Part shown: piece by piece, positions 60,162 through 64,000 of the stretch
How positions within the stretch are numbered: the stretch's first letter is position 1
Layout: every line of letters starts with the position of its first letter
Origin: Squalus acanthias
Taxonomy: Eukaryota
Reading direction: 5' to 3'
Assembly (NCBI GenBank): GCA_030390025.1
Contig: CM059438.1
Location: 70,434,001 to 70,498,000 of the forward strand
Length of the DNA stretch: 64,000 bases
Position numbers and translations under genes: made by a program
Notes under the pieces: model-generated
Told to the model about the DNA's origin: nothing
What the model saw: only the letters and a program-made list of their open reading frames with translations
Database searches by the model: none

Positions 60162-60374
60162 TTTCAAATAAAACTGTTGGACTATAACCTGGTGTTGTGC
60201 GACCTCTCAACTCAGGTAAGTCACAGGAGGGGGTTTCGGGAGGGTCTTATGTTCAGGAAGGAGATGGGGGTGCGTGGAGAATCCAGGACAGGGGAGGCCT
60301 AAACTTGCCTCGTGAGGCCTGTTTCCGTGTTGTAATTTCTACGTAATTCTTTGTTTTTTTTTGTAAAAAGTGAC

Positions 60375-60791
60375 TTTGTAATGGACTAATGATCCAAAGA
60401 CATGAGTTCAAATCCCACCACGGCAGCCGTGGAATTTAAATTTGGTTAATTAAATAAAACTGGAATAAAAAGCTAGTGTCAGTAATGGTGACCATGAAAC
60501 GACCGGATTGTCGTAAAAACCCATCTGCTTCACTAATGCCATTCAGGGAAGGAAATCATCCGTCCTTACCCGGTCTGGCCTATATGTGACAGCACTGTGG
60601 TCGACTCTTAACAGCTCTCTGAAGTCTCCGAACAAGCCACTCAATATCAAACCGCTAGGAAAACACCTCACGGACTGCGGCGGTTCAAGAAGGCGGCTCA
60701 CCGCCACCTTCTCAAGGGCAATTAGGGATGGGCAATAAATGCTGGCTCTGCCAGCAATGCCCGCATCCCCTGAATGAATAAAGAAAAAAAA
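60375..60791 (+). mobile_element. tRNA-derived SINE whose 3' tail matches the unassigned LINE
   Basis: B-box GAGTTCAAATCC (~60404). 60668-60791 matches 14715-14836 (CACGGACTGC.GCGGTTCAAGAAGG..CTTCTCAAGGGCAA.TAGGGATGGGCAATAAATGCTGGC..). Confidence 0.75.
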
Positions 60792-62710
60792 TTGTATTGG
60801 TATAAATGTTTTGGCGAAATAAACAAGCAAAGAAATAAATTGAAATTCTGAGCATGGGTGTGCAGCTTCTACCTTTTATTAGCTGTGGGTCTTTAACTTT
60901 GCCTCTAATATTGCTCAACAATGGTTTCTGTTGCTTAATAAGTGAGTGAACACAAAGCTAAAAATGAAGCTGTTTTTCTTTGTAATAACTGAAGAACCCA
61001 TTGTGTGCAACACATGTTTAACCAATTCTGACTTGGGAAATGTACCACGGTTTAGTAGTCCTATTGTTTCTTTTCTCGTATGTTTCTTGGAATGTCCAAC
61101 CGCACAATCCAGGAACATGAGGAGCTAAAGGTATAATAAGAGCTCTGAATGGAAACACCCAAGTGTCAAGGTTCGCGTCATGCGACAATTCTTATGAAGC
61201 AAATACAGACAATTGGGTGTGAACTGATCCCAAATGGGAGTAATAAGTCCCATCAACGCAAGTGAAACTGAAATCATTAATAATTCTCCAGCAGTAGATT
61301 TTCATTCAGTGATAAGTACGTGTAAAACAGATCTTTGAATTGCAAGTGACCACTGAATTCTTTTGACTGCTCCCCCACTCCTTTCCCGCTGATCAGGGAA
61401 GAGTTGAAATCCCCCTAATATTCCAATATGGTCACCAGAAGTGGAGAGGACGTTGAATATCACAAGCTGGGGTAACTGAAGAGGTTGCCATGGATGCAGG
61501 ACTGCAGTAAATGAGGAAAGGGAGAGAAAAAGAGTGTCATTTGGAGGGAGCACACTGCTCAAATGCTCTGGTGGTGTGGCAATAAAGTTTCCAGCTGGGA
61601 ATAGTTTTACACAGTGAGAAGCATGTATCCCTAAACCAAATAGAAGGTACAATTCCAGATTTACCAAAGCTTCCAGCTGAAGTCTATCGAAGGATGGAAT
61701 CCTGGACGAACCTCATTAGCTTTTACAGGAGGCCTCAGCTCCAGTCAAAGCCCACACACTTTTAGCCTTGCTTACATCCGCTCAGAAAGAATGGTGTCGA
61801 TGACTAATATAAGTGGTATTTGCCTCTTCCCCCACCCCAACTCTATAAAGCAAATCTCTGTGTCTGCTTTATTTCTCAGTTCCAAACTCTGCATACTCAT
61901 GACCTTTTGTAAACGTTTAAGGAGGGGGAAATAAACACATTTTAACTGTCAGTCTTACTTGTTAATAACCGCTGCTATATACCTTTGAAAAAAAATATAG
62001 ATATCTAGACAGCACTGTGTTCTGTATCATTGCTATTACGTTGCTGGTGGTCTGTGAATGATTCCGTTTTACACCCGAGGCCCGAAATCGACATGACAGA
62101 AATCCACCCATCCTCACAATGAACCCGGCAGCTAGGCGCAAGTGAATTCAAAATTAGCGTGAGCCCATTTCATTAGGTTACATCATGAGCACACTTCATT
62201 GGTTTATTTACCCCTCAATATATTCAGGCACTGAGGCGAGATGCTCCCGATTCCCTCTGGGCAACCTCATTTACACATGATGGTCCTCGCTGCCTTCATA
62301 CGGCCTTGGGGAAGATCGAGTTTCAAATTAAGCATCTCTGGGATGTTTACACATGACATTTCACTCCCAGCAAAGGATCTGAGCAGATCGACATTGCGTC
62401 ACTCATCCGCCTGCAAGCAGCTCTCATGCTCACAATTAAGAACAGTTTTGCAAGAAAAAAACTGCTTCACGCGACTTTCCGATTAAAATATTTCAGACAG
62501 TGATCTGTGAATGAAAAAAAAACTGTGCCTGTGCGAATGACTCTAATACTGCTACAAGTTCTTTATTTCTACATTCCAGCCTGTGTTAGTTTTTTTTAAT
62601 TATATGCAACACTTAATTTCTTGCACTTACGTTGTGCTGTTTTCATTTGAGTCCAGTTATCCAGGGCACAATATCTGCTTTTGAAATGCGTAGAGATTTC
62701 CCAGATACCT

Positions 62711-63480
62711 ACAATGGCTTCTCTTCCTGCTCCCACATGGTTACCTCTGGGGTCCCCCAAGGATCCCCTCTTGGCCCCCTCCTATTTCCCAGCTACATAC
62801 TGCTCCTTGGCGACATCATCCGAAAACACAGCATCAGTTTCCACATGTACGCTGACAACACCCAGCTCTACCTCACCACCACTTCTCTCGACCCCTCCAC
62901 GGTCTCTGAATTGTCAGACTGCTTGTCCGACATCCAATACTGGATGAGCAGAAATTTTCTCCAATTAAATATTGGGAAGACTGAAGCCATTGTTTTCGGT
63001 CCCCGCCACAAACTCCATTCCCTATGCCACAGACTCTATCCCTCTCCCTAGCATCTGTCTAAGGCTGAACCAGACTGTCCACAACCTTGGTGTCATATTT
63101 GACCCTGAAATGAGCTTCTGACCACATATCTGCGGCATAACTAAGACCGCCTATTTCCACCTCCGTAATATTGCCCATCTCCACCCCTGCCTCAGTTTAT
63201 CTGTTGCTGAAATCTTCATCCATGTCTTTGTTACCTCTAGACTTGACTATTCCAACGCACTGCTGGCTGGCCTCCCATGTTCAACCCTACGTAAACTTGA
63301 GGTCATCCAAAACTCGGCTGCCTGTGTCCTAACTCGCACCAAGTCCCGTTCACCTATCACTCCTGTACTTGCTGACCTACATTGGCTCCCAGTTAAGCAA
63401 CGCCTTGATTACAAAATTCTCATCCTTGTTTTCAAATCCCTCCATGGCCTCGCCCCTCCCTAGCTCTGTAATCTCCTTCA
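62711..63480 (+). mobile_element. L2 LINE fragment, interrupted by RTE
   Basis: SGVPQGSPLGPLLF, HMYADNTQLY, LQLNIGKTEAIVFG; colinear with 43190-43940. Confidence 0.92.
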
Positions 63481-64000
63481 GAGATCCAGCAGCTAGCCGA
63501 CAGCCACGACGTGCGTGGATTCTTTAGCGCAGTCAAGACCATCTACGGCCCAAGCACCCACGGCCCTACCCCACTGCGGGCCAAGAACGGAGAGGTACTC
63601 ATCAAGGACAGAGAGGCAGTCAGTGCACTTCGAAGATCTCCTTAACCGAGACTCTGTCTTCGACGCGAGTGTCCTCAACTCCATCCCGCAGCATGCTACC
63701 CGCCACCATCTCAGCACAACCCCAGCCCAGCATGAGGTTGAAAAGGCCATCCGATAACTGAAGAACAACAAGGCCTCAGGAGCAGATGGAATCCTCACCG
63801 AGGCGCTCAAGCATGGTAGAGAAGCACTACTGACGCGAATTCATGAACTCATTTCTCTTATCTGGAAGGAGGAGAGCATGCCAGGGGATCTCAGAGACGC
63901 CGTAATTGTGACCATCTTCAAGAAAGGTGACAAGTCCGATTGTGGTAATTACAGAGGAGTTTCCCTGCTGTCTGGCACAGGGAAAGTCATCGCAAGAATC
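63481..64000 (+). mobile_element. RTE (BovB-like) LINE fragment running off the window
   Basis: EIQQLADSHDVRGFFSAVKTIYGP.., HFEDLLN, EVEKAIR*LKNNKASGADGI, IWKEESMPGDLRDAVIVTIFKKGDKSDCGNYRGVSLLS..GKVIARI. Confidence 0.9.

Larger units (their letters stand above)
56258..60210 (+). mobile_element. Near-intact Penelope-like retroelement in partial-tandem (pseudo-LTR) arrangement
   Basis: 814-bp direct repeat 56258-57071 / 59397-60210 (offset 3139), overlapping the 3' end of one long RT + GIY-YIG ORF. Confidence 0.97.
56028..60325. mobile_element. MITE-like host element (56028-56260 + 60211-~60325) split by the Penelope insertion
   Basis: Starts AGGTCCGATTTTAAAAT and is GC-rich on both sides of the Penelope. 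ACTCA occurs at both junctions. Confidence 0.45.

Noticed and set aside
1..64000. Prokaryotic systems (CRISPR, retron, DGR, defence operons) suggested by multiple RT ORFs and repeats
   Set aside because: All RTs are eukaryotic non-LTR, PLE or DIRS types. Spliceosomal introns and SINEs are present; no operon structure or repeat-spacer array.

Overview
This is eukaryotic, repeat-dense DNA with no recognisable host protein-coding gene. The repeat families (HER1-like CR1 LINEs with TTCTATG/TTCTTATG tails, DeuSINE-like tRNA SINEs, abundant Penelope elements) point to a cartilaginous fish, which is an inference. Main contents: (i) a young, near-intact Penelope-like element at 56258-60210, with an RT + GIY-YIG ORF flanked by an 814-bp direct repeat, each copy carrying a minimal hammerhead-ribozyme motif; (ii) a 5'-truncated sister Penelope with a 9-bp TSD and a covarying hammerhead (31608-33250), plus an older Penelope family (13800-15065); (iii) a decayed two-gene PIF/Harbinger transposon (DDE transposase plus a convergent, spliced Myb/SANT gene, ~5490-9722) and many MITE-like elements; (iv) CR1, L2, RTE and one unassigned LINE, often nested; (v) two related solo LTRs with 5-bp TSDs, a DIRS-like RT remnant and several SINEs. 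Most short ORFs in the track are alternative frames of these repeats. I see no clearly new gene system. The best leads are RNA structures in the Penelope termini.
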